DNA of 60,777 bases from an uncultured Gammaproteobacteria bacterium. Its GTDB lineage: Bacteria > Patescibacteriota > Microgenomatia > 2-02-FULL-39-11. The position numbers were made by a program, and so were the translations under genes. The DNA lies in the NCBI GenBank assembly GCA_964446235.1, contig CAYUNW010000001.1, forward strand, positions 103,837-164,613, read 5' to 3'. Below are positions 27,720 to 38,344 of the stretch, piece by piece; the stretch's first letter is position 1, and every line of letters begins with the position of its first letter. The notes beneath the pieces are model-generated. The model was given only the letters and a program-made list of their open reading frames with translations, searched no databases and had not been told where the DNA came from.

Positions 27720-27992
27720 TTATCTTATAACTTTCTTTAAAGCTTTTCCTGCTGTAAATCCAGGTGTTTTTCTTGCAGGAATATTTATAGGTGCACCTGT
27801 TTGCGGATTTCTTCCTTTTCTGGCTGCTCTTGATCTAACCATAAATGTACCAAATCCTGTAACAACAACTTTATCACCTTTTTTAAGAGTATCTGAAACA
27901 GCCCCAAACACAGCATTAACTGCATCTTTCGCTGCTTTTGCCGTTAGATTTGCTTTCTTTGATACGTAGGCGACTAAATCTGCTTTTGTCAT
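27720..27992 (-). CDS. hup: DNA-binding protein HU
   Basis: MTKADLV, GFGTF.VR.RAARKGRNPQTG..I.IPA; SD GGAGGTGA. Confidence 0.97.
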   Translation of the reverse strand: MTKADLVAYVSKKANLTAKAAKDAVNAVFGAVSDTLKKGDKVVVTGFGTFMVRSRAARKGRNPQTGAPINIPARKTPGFTAGKALKKVIR

Positions 27993-28175
27993 ATATTAAT
28001 CACCTCCTTTTTTATCCCTGATTTAAGGGTAGGCAGAAGATATTTAAAAATAGATTGATAAGATAATCCAAAATCAATTTAGTAAATTTATATCCCTTTG
28101 TCAAGCCCTAAATATGATATTTGAGGTAATATTTTGACAACAAATATATCAAACAATATATAATTATTACGTTAT

Positions 28176-29705
28176 CTAATAAACATTTTCCACAATTCTT
28201 GTTTCTCTAATAGCGGTAATCTTAATTTGACCAGGATATGATGGAAATTTTTTTTCAATATTTTCTTTAATTTTATGTGTTGTTACAACAACATCATCAT
28301 CTGTTAATTTACTTGAGTCTATAATAACTCTTAACTCTCTACCAGCTTGTAAAGCATAGGCACTTTCAATTCCTGAAAATGAAAGCGCAATATCTTCTAA
28401 AGTTTTTAATCTCTTAACGTACTCACCTATATCTTCATATCTTGCACCAGGTCTAGATCCAGATATGGCATCAGCAATATATACAATTACAGCTTCTAAT
28501 GACGGAAAAGGTATATCTTCATGATGAGAAGCAACACAATCAATAACCTCTTTAGGCATGCCATTCTTTTTTAATAGCTCCACTGCTAATTCTACGTGGG
28601 AACCGTCTTTATCGGTAATTACTTTTCCAATATCATGCAATAAACATCCTAACCTAACAACATTAACATCCGCTTTTAACTCACGTGCTAAAGCAATGCC
28701 AATTTTTGTTTCTTCCAACGTATGAGCTATCATATTCTGGCCGTATGAAAATCTATATTTAAACCTTCCTAGTAATGCAATTTTATCTATAGGCATATTG
28801 TAAACACCTACTGCGTGACATAATTTTTCTCCTTCGGTATACATGATTTTTTCGATTTCTCTAGTTGTTTGTTTAACTATCTCTTCAATCCTGACAGGTT
28901 GCACTCTACCGTCTCTAATTAATTTTTCCAAGGATACTCTTGCTATTTCTCTTCTAACCGGATCAAAGGAAGATAATCGAATAACACCTTCTTCATCCAA
29001 ATCCACATCAACTCCTGTTGCCATCTCAAAAGCCCTGATGTTTCTACCTTCTTTTCCAATAATTCTTCCTTTAAAATCCTCATCAGGAATTTTTATCGTC
29101 GAAACCGTATATTCAGGAACATAATTAGTAGCCCCATGTCTCATTGCATCAATCAATATTTCCCTAGACTTTTCTTCAGCTTCTTGTTTGGCTATAATTT
29201 CTGATTCTCGAATTCTTTTTGCAATATCTGTTTTGAGTTTATCTTCAAGTGCAAGAATGATAAGTTCTTTTGCTTTTTCTTGTGTTAAGTTAGCAACTTT
29301 TTCCAGTTTTACCACCAAATCAGTTTTTACTTTCTCAATTTCTTTTATTTTTTTATCAATATCGGTTTTTTTTGTCTCTAATTCTTTTTCTTTATTTTCT
29401 AGATAGTTTGTTTTCTGATCAATAATATTTTCTTTAGAAATCAAGCGTTTTTCTATAGAAATGATTTCCTGACGAATACGTCTTGCTTCATCCTCAGCAT
29501 CTCTCTTTATTTTTAATGCCTCATCTTTTGCTTCAATTATAATTTCTTTTGCTTGTTTTTCCATTAATGCTAAATCAACTGGAATAGTTTTTTCAGTTTT
29601 TTCTACAACCGGTTTAGATTTATGTTCTATCGTTTCATCTTGATTTTGTAATTGTTTTTCAATTTTTTCCAAACGATTAAGGATAGTTTTTAATACTGGT
29701 ATCAT
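28176..29705 (-). CDS. rny: Ribonuclease Y
   Basis: KGRIIGKEGRNIR (KH), LHDIGK (HD), ADAISG.RPGAR, QAGRELRV. Confidence 0.96.
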   Translation of the reverse strand: MIPVLKTILNRLEKIEKQLQNQDETIEHKSKPVVEKTEKTIPVDLALMEKQAKEIIIEAKDEALKIKRDAEDEARRIRQEIISIEKRLISKENIIDQKTNYLENKEKELETKKTDIDKKIKEIEKVKTDLVVKLEKVANLTQEKAKELIILALEDKLKTDIAKRIRESEIIAKQEAEEKSREILIDAMRHGATNYVPEYTVSTIKIPDEDFKGRIIGKEGRNIRAFEMATGVDVDLDEEGVIRLSSFDPVRREIARVSLEKLIRDGRVQPVRIEEIVKQTTREIEKIMYTEGEKLCHAVGVYNMPIDKIALLGRFKYRFSYGQNMIAHTLEETKIGIALARELKADVNVVRLGCLLHDIGKVITDKDGSHVELAVELLKKNGMPKEVIDCVASHHEDIPFPSLEAVIVYIADAISGSRPGARYEDIGEYVKRLKTLEDIALSFSGIESAYALQAGRELRVIIDSSKLTDDDVVVTTHKIKENIEKKFPSYPGQIKITAIRETRIVENVY

Positions 29706-29890
29706 ATATCTCCTTTCTAACTATAAAGTAAAAAAATGTTGGAAATATAAATAATTACCAAAAAGAGGCTATTATATAAAACTATAAAGATTATTTATGA
29801 TTTTAACTATTCTGCAATATTTTAATTTTTGGGAAAAATTCATTTTTCTTTTTGGTTAATATCTAATTATTTTCCAAATTTGTATTAATT

Positions 29891-30379
29891 TTATTCTTTT
29901 TTTAGATAGTAGTCAATGACTTGACTAATTATATCAATCTCAAAACCTCTTCTGATTAATAAATCTTTTATTTTTAATTTTTTGTTAATATTAGGCAATT
30001 TATCAAATAAATATTTTTTTTTCTGCAGTATTTTGATGGCTAAATCCTTTTGTAATGATTTTTGAGAATTTCTCTCTGACATAACCTTATTAATAATTTC
30101 ATCAGAAATACCTTTCTCTCTTAATTCATATACCAATACATACTTACCTTTTGGTTTCGTCAAGTCTCTCTGTTCCAACCACCATAGAGCAAATTTTAAA
30201 TCGTCCAAAAACCCATAGTTTTTTAAAATGCTCAAAGTTTTATCTATATATTTATCAGAATATTCATGTTTATGACAATAATTACTTAATCTAAATCTTA
30301 GTTCATCTATGCTTCGAGGACGTATAGACAACAATTTGAAGGAGTATTGTTTCAATCTATTGATAACATCATCAGTCAT
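29891..30379 (-). CDS. recX: Regulatory protein RecX
   Basis: LLS.RPRS..EL, LDD.KFA, ELR.KGI, L.RRGF. Directly downstream of recA. Confidence 0.9.
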   Translation of the reverse strand: MTDDVINRLKQYSFKLLSIRPRSIDELRFRLSNYCHKHEYSDKYIDKTLSILKNYGFLDDLKFALWWLEQRDLTKPKGKYVLVYELREKGISDEIINKVMSERNSQKSLQKDLAIKILQKKKYLFDKLPNINKKLKIKDLLIRRGFEIDIISQVIDYYLKKE

Positions 30380-31403
30380 TTTCCTTACCGACTATCTTTT
30401 CCGTAACATTACCTTTTTTGAAACTTTTCCATATTTCATCAAGAATTTCTCTGGCAATTTTTTGATTTTCAATTAAATACAATCTTGAAGCTTGCTTACC
30501 TTGTCCTATCATCTTCTCACCAAATCTGATAAACGCACCGCTTTTCGATAAAACATTTAACTCTAACCCCACATCAATAATACAACCTTCATAAGAAATC
30601 CCACTTTCTAAAATATCAAATTCAGCTAATCTGAATGGTGGCGCAACTTTGTTCTTGACGATTCTCACTCGATGTCTTGATCCGATTACTTTATCGCCAT
30701 CTTTAAGGGTTTCGATTTTTCTTGTATCCATTCTAATTGATGCGTAAAACTTCAAAGCTAACCCTCCTGGTGTTGTTTCAGGATTACCAAACATGATGCC
30801 AATTTTTTGCCGAAGCTGATTTGTAAAAATTGTTATAGTTTTTGATTTTGAAATTACTCCAGTTAATTTTCTTAATGCTTGTGACATTAAACGTGCTTGC
30901 ACTCCAACCATTGAATCACCCATTTCACCTTCAATTTCTGCTCTGGGAACAAGTGCTGCCACAGAATCAATAACGATCACATCAACCCCACCGGATCTTA
31001 CTAGTGTTTCTACGATTTCTAAAGCCTGTTCGCCCGTATCAGGTTGCGATACCAACAAATCATCAAGTTTGACCCCGAGTCTTTCTGCCCAAATAGGATC
31101 AAGTGCGTGTTCTGCATCGATAAAAGCAGCTATTCCACCGTTTTTTTGAGTTTGTGCAATAATTGACAATGCAACAGTTGTTTTACCTGAAGCTTCAGGA
31201 CCAAATATCTCAATCACTCTACCTTTTGGAATTCCACCTACTCCCAACGCCATATCTAAAGATAAAGCACCGGTCGATATTACCTCTGTAGCCATTTTTC
31301 CAGCAGTTTGATCTCCTAACTTCATAATTGATCCTTTACCGTACTGCTTTTCTATCTGCTCCATAGCAAGCCTAATTGCCTGCAATTTCTGATTTTGTAC
31401 CAT
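30372..31403 (-). CDS. recA: Recombinase A
   Basis: [55 protein letters not shown]. Start reset to MVQNQ after SD GGAG. Confidence 0.98.
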   Translation of the reverse strand: MVQNQKLQAIRLAMEQIEKQYGKGSIMKLGDQTAGKMATEVISTGALSLDMALGVGGIPKGRVIEIFGPEASGKTTVALSIIAQTQKNGGIAAFIDAEHALDPIWAERLGVKLDDLLVSQPDTGEQALEIVETLVRSGGVDVIVIDSVAALVPRAEIEGEMGDSMVGVQARLMSQALRKLTGVISKSKTITIFTNQLRQKIGIMFGNPETTPGGLALKFYASIRMDTRKIETLKDGDKVIGSRHRVRIVKNKVAPPFRLAEFDILESGISYEGCIIDVGLELNVLSKSGAFIRFGEKMIGQGKQASRLYLIENQKIAREILDEIWKSFKKGNVTEKIVGKEND

Positions 31404-31515
31404 ACTTTCTCCTCTCATAAAAATTATATCTTCTAAAAACTCTAACATTTTGGCATACTCCATGTTAAAATACAAGGATATAAAAGGGTATCTTTTTGAT
31501 ATAAGCTAAGTAAAT

Positions 31516-31590
31516 CGGGGTATAGCGCAGTTGGCTTAGCGCACTCGCATGGGGTGCGAGAGGTCGTCGGTTCAAGTCCGACTACCCCGA
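31516..31590 (+). tRNA. tRNA-Pro(GGG), CCA not encoded
   Basis: Acceptor CGGGGTA/TACCCCG, D-stem GCGC, anticodon stem CTCGC/GCGAG with loop ATGGGGT, T-loop GTTCAAG. Confidence 0.95.
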
Positions 31591-31632
31591 CAAAATCAAA
31601 ATATTACACGACAAATAAAACTAAATATTGGA

Positions 31633-32835
31633 TTAGTCAATAAATTTTTTATTTTTTATTTTCTCTGGAAGAAAAAGTGTGTTTTTATTTTTTGGCCCAA
31701 CGTAAAATTCATTCCATTCATAACCTTTAGCATAACCTAATTCTTTCATCAACTTCGTCGGTGCATTTCTTAAATGAAATGGAACAGGTTCATTTGGATA
31801 TTCATATACTGCTTTTTTAGCTTTGTTTAAAGCATTTGGAACTAAACGAGATTTTGGAGCTTTGGATAAATAAATTACTATATGAACCAATATTAGTTGA
31901 GCTTCCGGCATACCAACTTTATTTACTGCTTCAAAAGCTTCGTTAGCTTGAATTAAAGCTCCTCTATCAGCCAAACCTATATCTTCGGATGCAAATATGA
32001 TCATTCTTCTAGCAATAAACTTTGGATCTTCCCCATTTTCCAACATTCTTGTCAAATAATACAAAGCTGCGTTTTCATCAGAACCTCGCATTGATTTTAT
32101 AAAGGCTGAAATAATATTATAATGTTCATCTGCTTTCTTATCATATATCCCAGTATATTTAGTTTGAAATATATCTAATACAATTTTTTTGGTTATTACC
32201 TTTTCTTTATAATTTAAACAAGCAATCTCTAACGCATTCAAAAGAATTCTTGCATCACCACCGGACAATTGTATAATTAATTCTCTAGATTCATTATTGA
32301 TTTTTTTGTCATACCTACCTATTCCATTTACATCATCATTCAATGCTCTATCAATAAGTTTATGTAGTTCATTTATTCCCAACGAATGTAATATAAATAC
32401 TCTGCATCTTGACAATAATGGACTAATAATTTCAAATGAAGGATTTTCAGTAGTTGCCCCAATTAGTATTATCAAACCATTCTCAATAAACGGTAAAAGA
32501 GTGTCCTGTTGAGATTTATTCCATCGATGGATCTCATCAATAAAAACAATTGTATTTTTACCTAATTGTTTATTAGTTTTCGCTATAGACAATATTTTTT
32601 TTAAGTCATCCTTTCCAGAAGCAACTCCTGAAAGTCTATAAAAATCAGCTTTTGATTCTTTTGAAATTATATAAGCTAATGAGGTCTTTCCAGAACCAGG
32701 TGGACCCCAAAAAATTATTGATGTTAGATTACCTAAGTCTATCATCCTTCTTAAAACCATTCCTTTATCGACCAAATGGGACTGTCCGACAAATTCCTCC
32801 AGTTTTTTTGGTCTTAATCGATACGCTAGGTTCAT
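31633..32835 (-). CDS. rarA: Replication-associated recombination protein A
   Basis: LA.RLRP..L.EFVGQ.HL, WGPPGSGKT, FIDEIHRWNKSQQD, GATTENPSF, SAFIKS.RGSD, ASEDIGLAD. Confidence 0.95.
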   Translation of the reverse strand: MNLAYRLRPKKLEEFVGQSHLVDKGMVLRRMIDLGNLTSIIFWGPPGSGKTSLAYIISKESKADFYRLSGVASGKDDLKKILSIAKTNKQLGKNTIVFIDEIHRWNKSQQDTLLPFIENGLIILIGATTENPSFEIISPLLSRCRVFILHSLGINELHKLIDRALNDDVNGIGRYDKKINNESRELIIQLSGGDARILLNALEIACLNYKEKVITKKIVLDIFQTKYTGIYDKKADEHYNIISAFIKSMRGSDENAALYYLTRMLENGEDPKFIARRMIIFASEDIGLADRGALIQANEAFEAVNKVGMPEAQLILVHIVIYLSKAPKSRLVPNALNKAKKAVYEYPNEPVPFHLRNAPTKLMKELGYAKGYEWNEFYVGPKNKNTLFLPEKIKNKKFID

Positions 32836-32909
32836 AAATTTATTATAACCGATGAACCCAATTTAAATCTTTTACGGAATTAATATGGATGAAATGGGAT
32901 AATATATCT

Positions 32910-33380
32910 TTACCTCTTCGGAGATTGTTTTTTTGCACGGGCTTTCTGTGCAAAACCGGCTTTTCTTCTTTCTTTAACTCTAGAATCTCTTTTAAGCAAA
33001 CCTCGACTTTTTAGTATAGGTCTATAATTTTCTTTATCAACTTTTTCCAACGCTCTTGCCGTACCATGAATAAACGCATCCAACTGTCCTTTAGGACCTC
33101 CGCCTTTTATCAATGCTACTACTCCGAATCTGCCTAATGTATTAGTTATTCTAAACGGATCATTATATAATTTTTCAAAAACACTACCGGAAAAATATTT
33201 CGATATCTCAATATTATTTACATACATCTTACCAGGTTTCAATTCAATATCTTTTATCTGATAATTATCATTTATTCCAACGTATAATTTTATATTTGCT
33301 GTTGCTTCTTTCCTTCTTCCGATTGCCTGATAATATTCTATTTTATCTACTTTCTTAGTTAAATTTGCTTTCTTTATCAT
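32910..33380 (-). CDS. rpsI: 30S ribosomal protein S9
   Basis: GRRKEA.A, GGG..GQ, D.RVKERRK.G..KARA..Q..KR. Confidence 0.96.
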   Translation of the reverse strand: MIKKANLTKKVDKIEYYQAIGRRKEATANIKLYVGINDNYQIKDIELKPGKMYVNNIEISKYFSGSVFEKLYNDPFRITNTLGRFGVVALIKGGGPKGQLDAFIHGTARALEKVDKENYRPILKSRGLLKRDSRVKERRKAGFAQKARAKKQSPKR

Positions 33381-33808
33381 AAATTATGACTTTTAAATTT
33401 ATTAAAATATGGATGTTTCTCTCCAATGTAAACAAACAATCTCTTAAGCATGGATTTTCTTAACTTATTTTTTGGTAACATACCTGATACTGCTTGAATT
33501 ATTATTCTTTTCGGATTTTCATTTCGTACAATATCGAAAGTTTTACGTTTCAATCCAGATGGATAACCTGAAAATCGCATGTAAATTTTATTTTTTTCCT
33601 TTTTACCTGTTAATTTAACTTTTTCACAATTTATTACTACAACAAAATCTCCACAATCTAAATTTGGTATATAATATTTTTTTGATTTGCCAATTAAATA
33701 TTTTGCAATCACTGTAGATTCTCTTCCAAGAATTTTATTTTTCAAATCAACAAGATGCCAAGTTCTTTCAATATCTTTATTTTTGGTTGATTTGGTAAGT
33801 TTATTCAT
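33377..33808 (-). CDS. rplM: 50S ribosomal protein L13
   Basis: W.LVD....LGR, DCGDFVVVIN, GMLPKN. Confidence 0.96.
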   Translation of the reverse strand: MNKLTKSTKNKDIERTWHLVDLKNKILGRESTVIAKYLIGKSKKYYIPNLDCGDFVVVINCEKVKLTGKKEKNKIYMRFSGYPSGLKRKTFDIVRNENPKRIIIQAVSGMLPKNKLRKSMLKRLFVYIGEKHPYFNKFKSHNL

Positions 33809-34239
33809 TATTTATTTTTAATGTCTTTTTTAATTTTCTTATTATCTGATTTTTTTATTTTACTTGCATTATCTTTTATCTCAATATTTTCTACCCAATT
33901 AATTTTCACCATTTGTGAATTATCCCCTTGCCTATTATTTAACTTAATTATTTTTGTATAACCTGAATGTCTATTTTTAAAAAAAGGGACAATATGTTTT
34001 GTAATTTTTAAAAATGATTCTTTGTTGTTTAGAAATGCTGTTAATTTATTTAAACTACTATTTTTTCCGCTAATCGCATAAGACAACATTTTCTCTATTG
34101 ACCTTGTAACAGCTTTTGCTTTCGGATATGTCGTAACAATTTTTCCATTTAAAATAAAAGCATTAACTTGCTGTCTAAATAATGCTTTACGTTCTTTAAT
34201 ATCCCTATTTAATTTACTAGACTTTTTTTTATGTTTCAT
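33808..34239 (-). CDS. rplQ: 50S ribosomal protein L17
   Basis: KLNR....RKAL, I.TT.PKAK, R.SGYT.I.K...R.GD. Confidence 0.93.
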   Translation of the reverse strand: MKHKKKSSKLNRDIKERKALFRQQVNAFILNGKIVTTYPKAKAVTRSIEKMLSYAISGKNSSLNKLTAFLNNKESFLKITKHIVPFFKNRHSGYTKIIKLNNRQGDNSQMVKINWVENIEIKDNASKIKKSDNKKIKKDIKNK

Positions 34240-34249
34240 GTAATAAAAC

Positions 34250-35167
34250 TTATACCTTTAACGCAATACCTTTATTTCTAAGTACTTCTTCAATGATATC
34301 TACAGATTTTGCACCCAGATTTTTAATCTGATAAAGTTCTTTTTTAGGTGTTCCTAATAACTGACCAACCGTATCAATATCACCATTATGAAGAGCATTA
34401 ACAATTCTTGTAGGTAAATCTAATTCTTCTAAAGTCATTTTTAATATTTCTTCCGATATTGCCGGAGTTACTGCAACAGACTCTGAAGATTTTGCTTTAG
34501 GATCATAAACTTGGACAATATATGAAACAAGTGTTTTAGCTGCTTCTTTTAATGCATCATACGGAGCAATTGATCCATCTGTCCAAATTTCCAGAATTAA
34601 TTTATCTAAATTTGTCATTCTACCTACTCTTGTTGCTTCAACTTTATAGTTCACTCTTGTTACCGGAGTAAAAACGGTATCCAAAACAATTGCTCCAAAT
34701 TCTTTCTTACCTTGATATTCATCGCTTGATCTATATCCAAAACCAGATTCAGCCGTCAAATCTAAATTTAATTTAGATTTATTTGTAGTTAATTCACCTA
34801 AATAAAGATCTTTATTTATTACTTCTGCATCTGAAGATTCCAAATCTTTCGCAAAAATTTTTGCAGGGCCTTTTTTTGATAACTTTAATACTACTGGTTT
34901 ATCTGTATCAAGTTTAAATCGAATTTTTTTAATATTTAGAATAAGATCAATAATATCTTCTTTCAAACCCACTAATGTAGAAAATGCATGGTCTACACCA
35001 TCAATCTTAATCTTTGTTGCACCCGCACCTTTAATTGATGTTAATAATACTCTACGTAAACTATTTCCGAGAGTATGACCATATCCTTGTTCTAAAGGTT
35101 CAACGATAAATTTTCCGTAGTCCTGTTTATCTGTCTCCTTTTTTATACTAAAATTTGGCTCTAACAT
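34250..35167 (-). CDS. rpoA: RNA polymerase alpha subunit
   Basis: EPLEQGYGHTLGNSLRRVLL, FTPV.RVNY.VE..RV, alpha-CTD L.L..R..N.L. Confidence 0.97.
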   Translation of the reverse strand: MLEPNFSIKKETDKQDYGKFIVEPLEQGYGHTLGNSLRRVLLTSIKGAGATKIKIDGVDHAFSTLVGLKEDIIDLILNIKKIRFKLDTDKPVVLKLSKKGPAKIFAKDLESSDAEVINKDLYLGELTTNKSKLNLDLTAESGFGYRSSDEYQGKKEFGAIVLDTVFTPVTRVNYKVEATRVGRMTNLDKLILEIWTDGSIAPYDALKEAAKTLVSYIVQVYDPKAKSSESVAVTPAISEEILKMTLEELDLPTRIVNALHNGDIDTVGQLLGTPKKELYQIKNLGAKSVDIIEEVLRNKGIALKV

Positions 35168-35189
35168 AATAAATATCCTCCTTTATTAA

Positions 35190-35813
35190 TTATTGTCTTG
35201 AATAGAACTCAATAATAAGCTGTTCGTTTATATCTTCGATAATATCTTCTCTTTTAGGATAACGTGTAATTTTAATCGCAGGACCCTTCCTTTGCAACCA
35301 GGTTGAAGGATTACTTTTTTTGTCCTCCAACAATTTTTTTACAACAGGGTTTTTCATTATTTTATCTTTAAATCCAATCACCATTCCAGTTTTTACTAAA
35401 TAAGATGGGATATCAACTTTTTTTGTATCAATTATGACATGACCGTGAGTAATAATTTGTCTAGCAAAATTTCTGGTAGGTACCAAATTACTTCTATACA
35501 AAACATTATCCAATCTTCTTTCTAGTAATATCATTAAAGCAACGCCTGTATTTCTGGGTTCTAAACTAGCAATCTTGAAATACTTACGAAATTGTCTTTC
35601 ATTTAGACCGTACATTCTTCTGACTTTCTGTTTTTCCCTCAATTGCACTCCGTAATCTGAAGTTTTTCTTCTACCCTTTTGACCGTGTTGTCCGGGTAAT
35701 ATTTTAATTCTTCTAAGTAATGAAGCATGTGCGGAACTACCTACCGTTTTTAAACCTAAATCCATTCCTTCTCTTCTTGCTAATTTATTTTTCGATCCTC
35801 TGTATCTACTCAT
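35190..35813 (-). CDS. rpsD: 30S ribosomal protein S4
   Basis: MSRYRG (start reset), L.EKQK.R..YG, LERRLDN, ARQ...HGH. Confidence 0.97.
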   Translation of the reverse strand: MSRYRGSKNKLARREGMDLGLKTVGSSAHASLLRRIKILPGQHGQKGRRKTSDYGVQLREKQKVRRMYGLNERQFRKYFKIASLEPRNTGVALMILLERRLDNVLYRSNLVPTRNFARQIITHGHVIIDTKKVDIPSYLVKTGMVIGFKDKIMKNPVVKKLLEDKKSNPSTWLQRKGPAIKITRYPKREDIIEDINEQLIIEFYSRQ

Positions 35814-35814
35814 T

Positions 35815-36189
35815 TTATACTCTCCTCTTTTTCTTAGGACGTACACCATTATGAGGGATTGGCGTAACATCAGCAATCATAGTAATTAATAAACCAGCAC
35901 TTTTTAATGCTCTTAAAGCCGCATCTCTACCTGTTCCAGGTCCTTTAATATAAACTTCAACACTTTTCATTTTATAATCATTAATCACTCTTTTCGTAAC
36001 CTGATCAACGGCACTGGTAGCTGCAAATGGAGTTGATTTTCTAGTTCCTTTAAAGCCTACAGCACCCGATGATGACCAACCTAATGTTGATCCTTTTTCA
36101 TCGGTAATAGTAACAATTGTGTTATTAAACGTAGATGTAATAAATACTTTACCTTTTTCTACTGTTTTTGTAATTTTCTTGGTTTTCAT
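35815..36189 (-). CDS. rpsK: 30S ribosomal protein S11
   Basis: STFNNTIVT, GFKG.RKSTPFAA, DVTPIPHNG.RP. Confidence 0.97.
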   Translation of the reverse strand: MKTKKITKTVEKGKVFITSTFNNTIVTITDEKGSTLGWSSSGAVGFKGTRKSTPFAATSAVDQVTKRVINDYKMKSVEVYIKGPGTGRDAALRALKSAGLLITMIADVTPIPHNGVRPKKKRRV

Positions 36190-36193
36190 AATA

Positions 36194-36601
36194 TTAATTT
36201 GTTTTTTGGGTTTGTTCCATCTTTGCCCGAACTTCTTTTTTCATTGCTCCAACGGTTTGACGTCTACCTCTTCTTGTTCTGGCGTTTGATCTGGTTCTTT
36301 GACCTCTTGAAGGTAAACCTCTAGCATGTCGAATGCCTCTATAACATCCGATTTCTTTCAATCTTTTAATATTTTCTCCAATTTCTGTTTTTAAATCGCC
36401 TTCAACTTTGAAGTTTTTATCAATTTCTTTCTGGATTTTGTTTATATCTTCCTCTGTTAATTCCTTAACTTTCATAGATTTGTTGATTTTCACTTCACGT
36501 AATAATACTTTTACATTACTTCTTCCTATACCAAATATTTTTGTTAGAGCTATATCAACTTTCTTATTTTCTGGTAAATCTATACCTGAAATTCTTGCCA
36601 T
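36194..36601 (-). CDS. rpsM: 30S ribosomal protein S13
   Basis: MARISGIDLP, YRG.RH..GLP.RGQRT..NARTR. Confidence 0.97.
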   Translation of the reverse strand: MARISGIDLPENKKVDIALTKIFGIGRSNVKVLLREVKINKSMKVKELTEEDINKIQKEIDKNFKVEGDLKTEIGENIKRLKEIGCYRGIRHARGLPSRGQRTRSNARTRRGRRQTVGAMKKEVRAKMEQTQKTN

Positions 36602-36606
36602 AATAT

Positions 36607-36720
36607 TTATCCTTGTCTTTGTTTATGTTTCGGATTCTCACAAATTATAAATACTTTACCTCTACGGACAACTACCTTACATTTATTACATCTTTTTTTT
36701 ACTGATGAATGAATTTTCAT
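36607..36720 (-). CDS. rpmJ: 50S ribosomal protein L36 (Zn-binding form), missed by the ORF track
   Basis: Hand translation [37 protein letters not shown]. Confidence 0.97.
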   Translation of the reverse strand: MKIHSSVKKRCNKCKVVVRRGKVFIICENPKHKQRQG

Positions 36721-36721
36721 G

Positions 36722-36940
36722 TTAACTCAATCTATATGTTATTCTGCCACGATTTAAATCATAAGGTGTTACTTCTATCCTTACTTTATCCCCTGGCATA
36801 ATTTTTATATAATTAATTCTCATTTTCCCTGATAAATGACATAAAATTATTTTCTTACCTTCAACCTCTACCCTAAACATGGTGTTTGGTAATACTTCAG
36901 TCACTCTACCAACCAATTCAATATTATTTTTTTGGATCAT
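36722..36940 (-). CDS. infA: Translation initiation factor IF-1
   Basis: G.V.E.LPN.MFRV, HLSGKMR...I.I.PGD.V. Start reset to the ATGA overlap with map. Confidence 0.96.
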   Translation of the reverse strand: MIQKNNIELVGRVTEVLPNTMFRVEVEGKKIILCHLSGKMRINYIKIMPGDKVRIEVTPYDLNRGRITYRLS

Positions 36941-37722
36941 ATTGCTTTTTCCAATCCCGGAACTAACGGGGTCAAAACAAGACAACCGTGGGAAGTTACT
37001 TCCACGGTCGCTTCAAAAAGCCCAGATATTTTACCATCTTTGGATGCTATTGTCCATCCATCGTCTTTATAAATTATATCAGGCGTTGCCATATTATAGA
37101 TCACTTCTATTGCTAAAGTCATACCTTTTTTTAATAATGGTGTTTTATCCCTAGCATTATTTACAAAACCTGGTATTTCTGGTTCTTCATGTAACTGTCT
37201 ACCAATACCATGACCAACTAATGATTTAACTATGTGATAACCTGAATTTGATATACAATTTTCTATTGCTTGGGATATATCATAAACATAATTTCCTTCT
37301 TTTACTTTTTTTAAAGCTAAATATAACGCTTGTTCACCAATTTCTAAAAAATGTTTAGTTTCTTTATTATCTTTCTTTTCATCCCCAATCTTGATCGTCC
37401 AAGAAGAATCGGTATGAAAACCTTCGAAATATACACCACAATCAATTCCTATAATATCGCCATTTTTTAAAATATATTCATTTGGTATGCCATGAACTAC
37501 TATATCGTTCACACAAGCACAAATTGTCCATTTATAATCTTTAACCATTTTGAAAGAGGGTTTACCTCCCTGTTTTATAATTTCTTTTTCTGCAATTCTA
37601 TCAAGCGCTTTTAAACTCACGCCTTCAACAGCTTCAATCATTAAGCGTTTCATTACATCAGTCAAAATCCTACCGCCTTTCCGCATCTTTTTAAGTTCTG
37701 AATCAGATTTTATTGAAATCAT
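36937..37722 (-). CDS. map: Methionine aminopeptidase type I
   Basis: C..VND.VVHGIP, D.G....GFHTD, GHGIG..LHEEP, AIE, FEATV. Start probably MISIKS. Confidence 0.95.
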   Translation of the reverse strand: MISIKSDSELKKMRKGGRILTDVMKRLMIEAVEGVSLKALDRIAEKEIIKQGGKPSFKMVKDYKWTICACVNDIVVHGIPNEYILKNGDIIGIDCGVYFEGFHTDSSWTIKIGDEKKDNKETKHFLEIGEQALYLALKKVKEGNYVYDISQAIENCISNSGYHIVKSLVGHGIGRQLHEEPEIPGFVNNARDKTPLLKKGMTLAIEVIYNMATPDIIYKDDGWTIASKDGKISGLFEATVEVTSHGCLVLTPLVPGLEKAI

Positions 37723-37747
37723 ATATTTTATTGATTTAATATCCAAA

Positions 37748-38335
37748 TTAAGTGGAAATCGAATTAATTTCTTTTAATATATCCATAAATACTTTTTCTT
37801 TCTTCTGATTACCGTCAATTTCGATTAAATTCGAATTTTTTTTATACTGTAATAAAAGTTTTTTTTCTTCCTTACGATATTCTTTTAATCTTTTTTTAAT
37901 TCTTATCGGCGTATCATGCGAAATGTTACTTCCTTCAAATATTTTTCTCTTTCGAATAATTAATCTTTGAAAAGAAATTTCATCATTGATATTGATAAAA
38001 ATTACACCATCAATGTTGTAACCGAGTTTTTTAACGTTTTCAAAAAGAAATATTGCTTGCTTTTCATTTCTCGGAAAACCATCCAAGATAAAACCTTTTT
38101 TAGCTTTTGCGGAGGAAAGATACTCTTTCCATAATAAGAACATTATTTGATTGTCTACGTATTTTCCTTCTGTTAAAGCATTTCTACAAATCTCTCCGAC
38201 TTTACTATTATTTTCCTTAGCTTTTTGTCTTACTAGATTTCCGGAATTATAAATTGGTAAACCCAAATGTTTTGATAATTGTTCAGCTTGAGTACCTTTT
38301 CCTGAACCTTCTGGTCCATAAATTATTAAATGCAT
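37748..38335 (-). CDS. adk: Adenylate kinase (short lid)
   Basis: GPEGSGKGTQA, GFILDGFPR, RL..Y. Confidence 0.92.
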   Translation of the reverse strand: MHLIIYGPEGSGKGTQAEQLSKHLGLPIYNSGNLVRQKAKENNSKVGEICRNALTEGKYVDNQIMFLLWKEYLSSAKAKKGFILDGFPRNEKQAIFLFENVKKLGYNIDGVIFININDEISFQRLIIRKRKIFEGSNISHDTPIRIKKRLKEYRKEEKKLLLQYKKNSNLIEIDGNQKKEKVFMDILKEINSIST

Positions 38336-38344
38336 ATAAATTTA

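Noticed and set aside
27664-27969. 101-aa plus-strand ORF
   Set aside because: Antisense shadow of hup, and its start lies in the terminator hairpin.
31549-31740. 63-aa ORF beginning inside the tRNA
   Set aside because: It overlaps tRNA-Pro and antisense rarA, so it is spurious.
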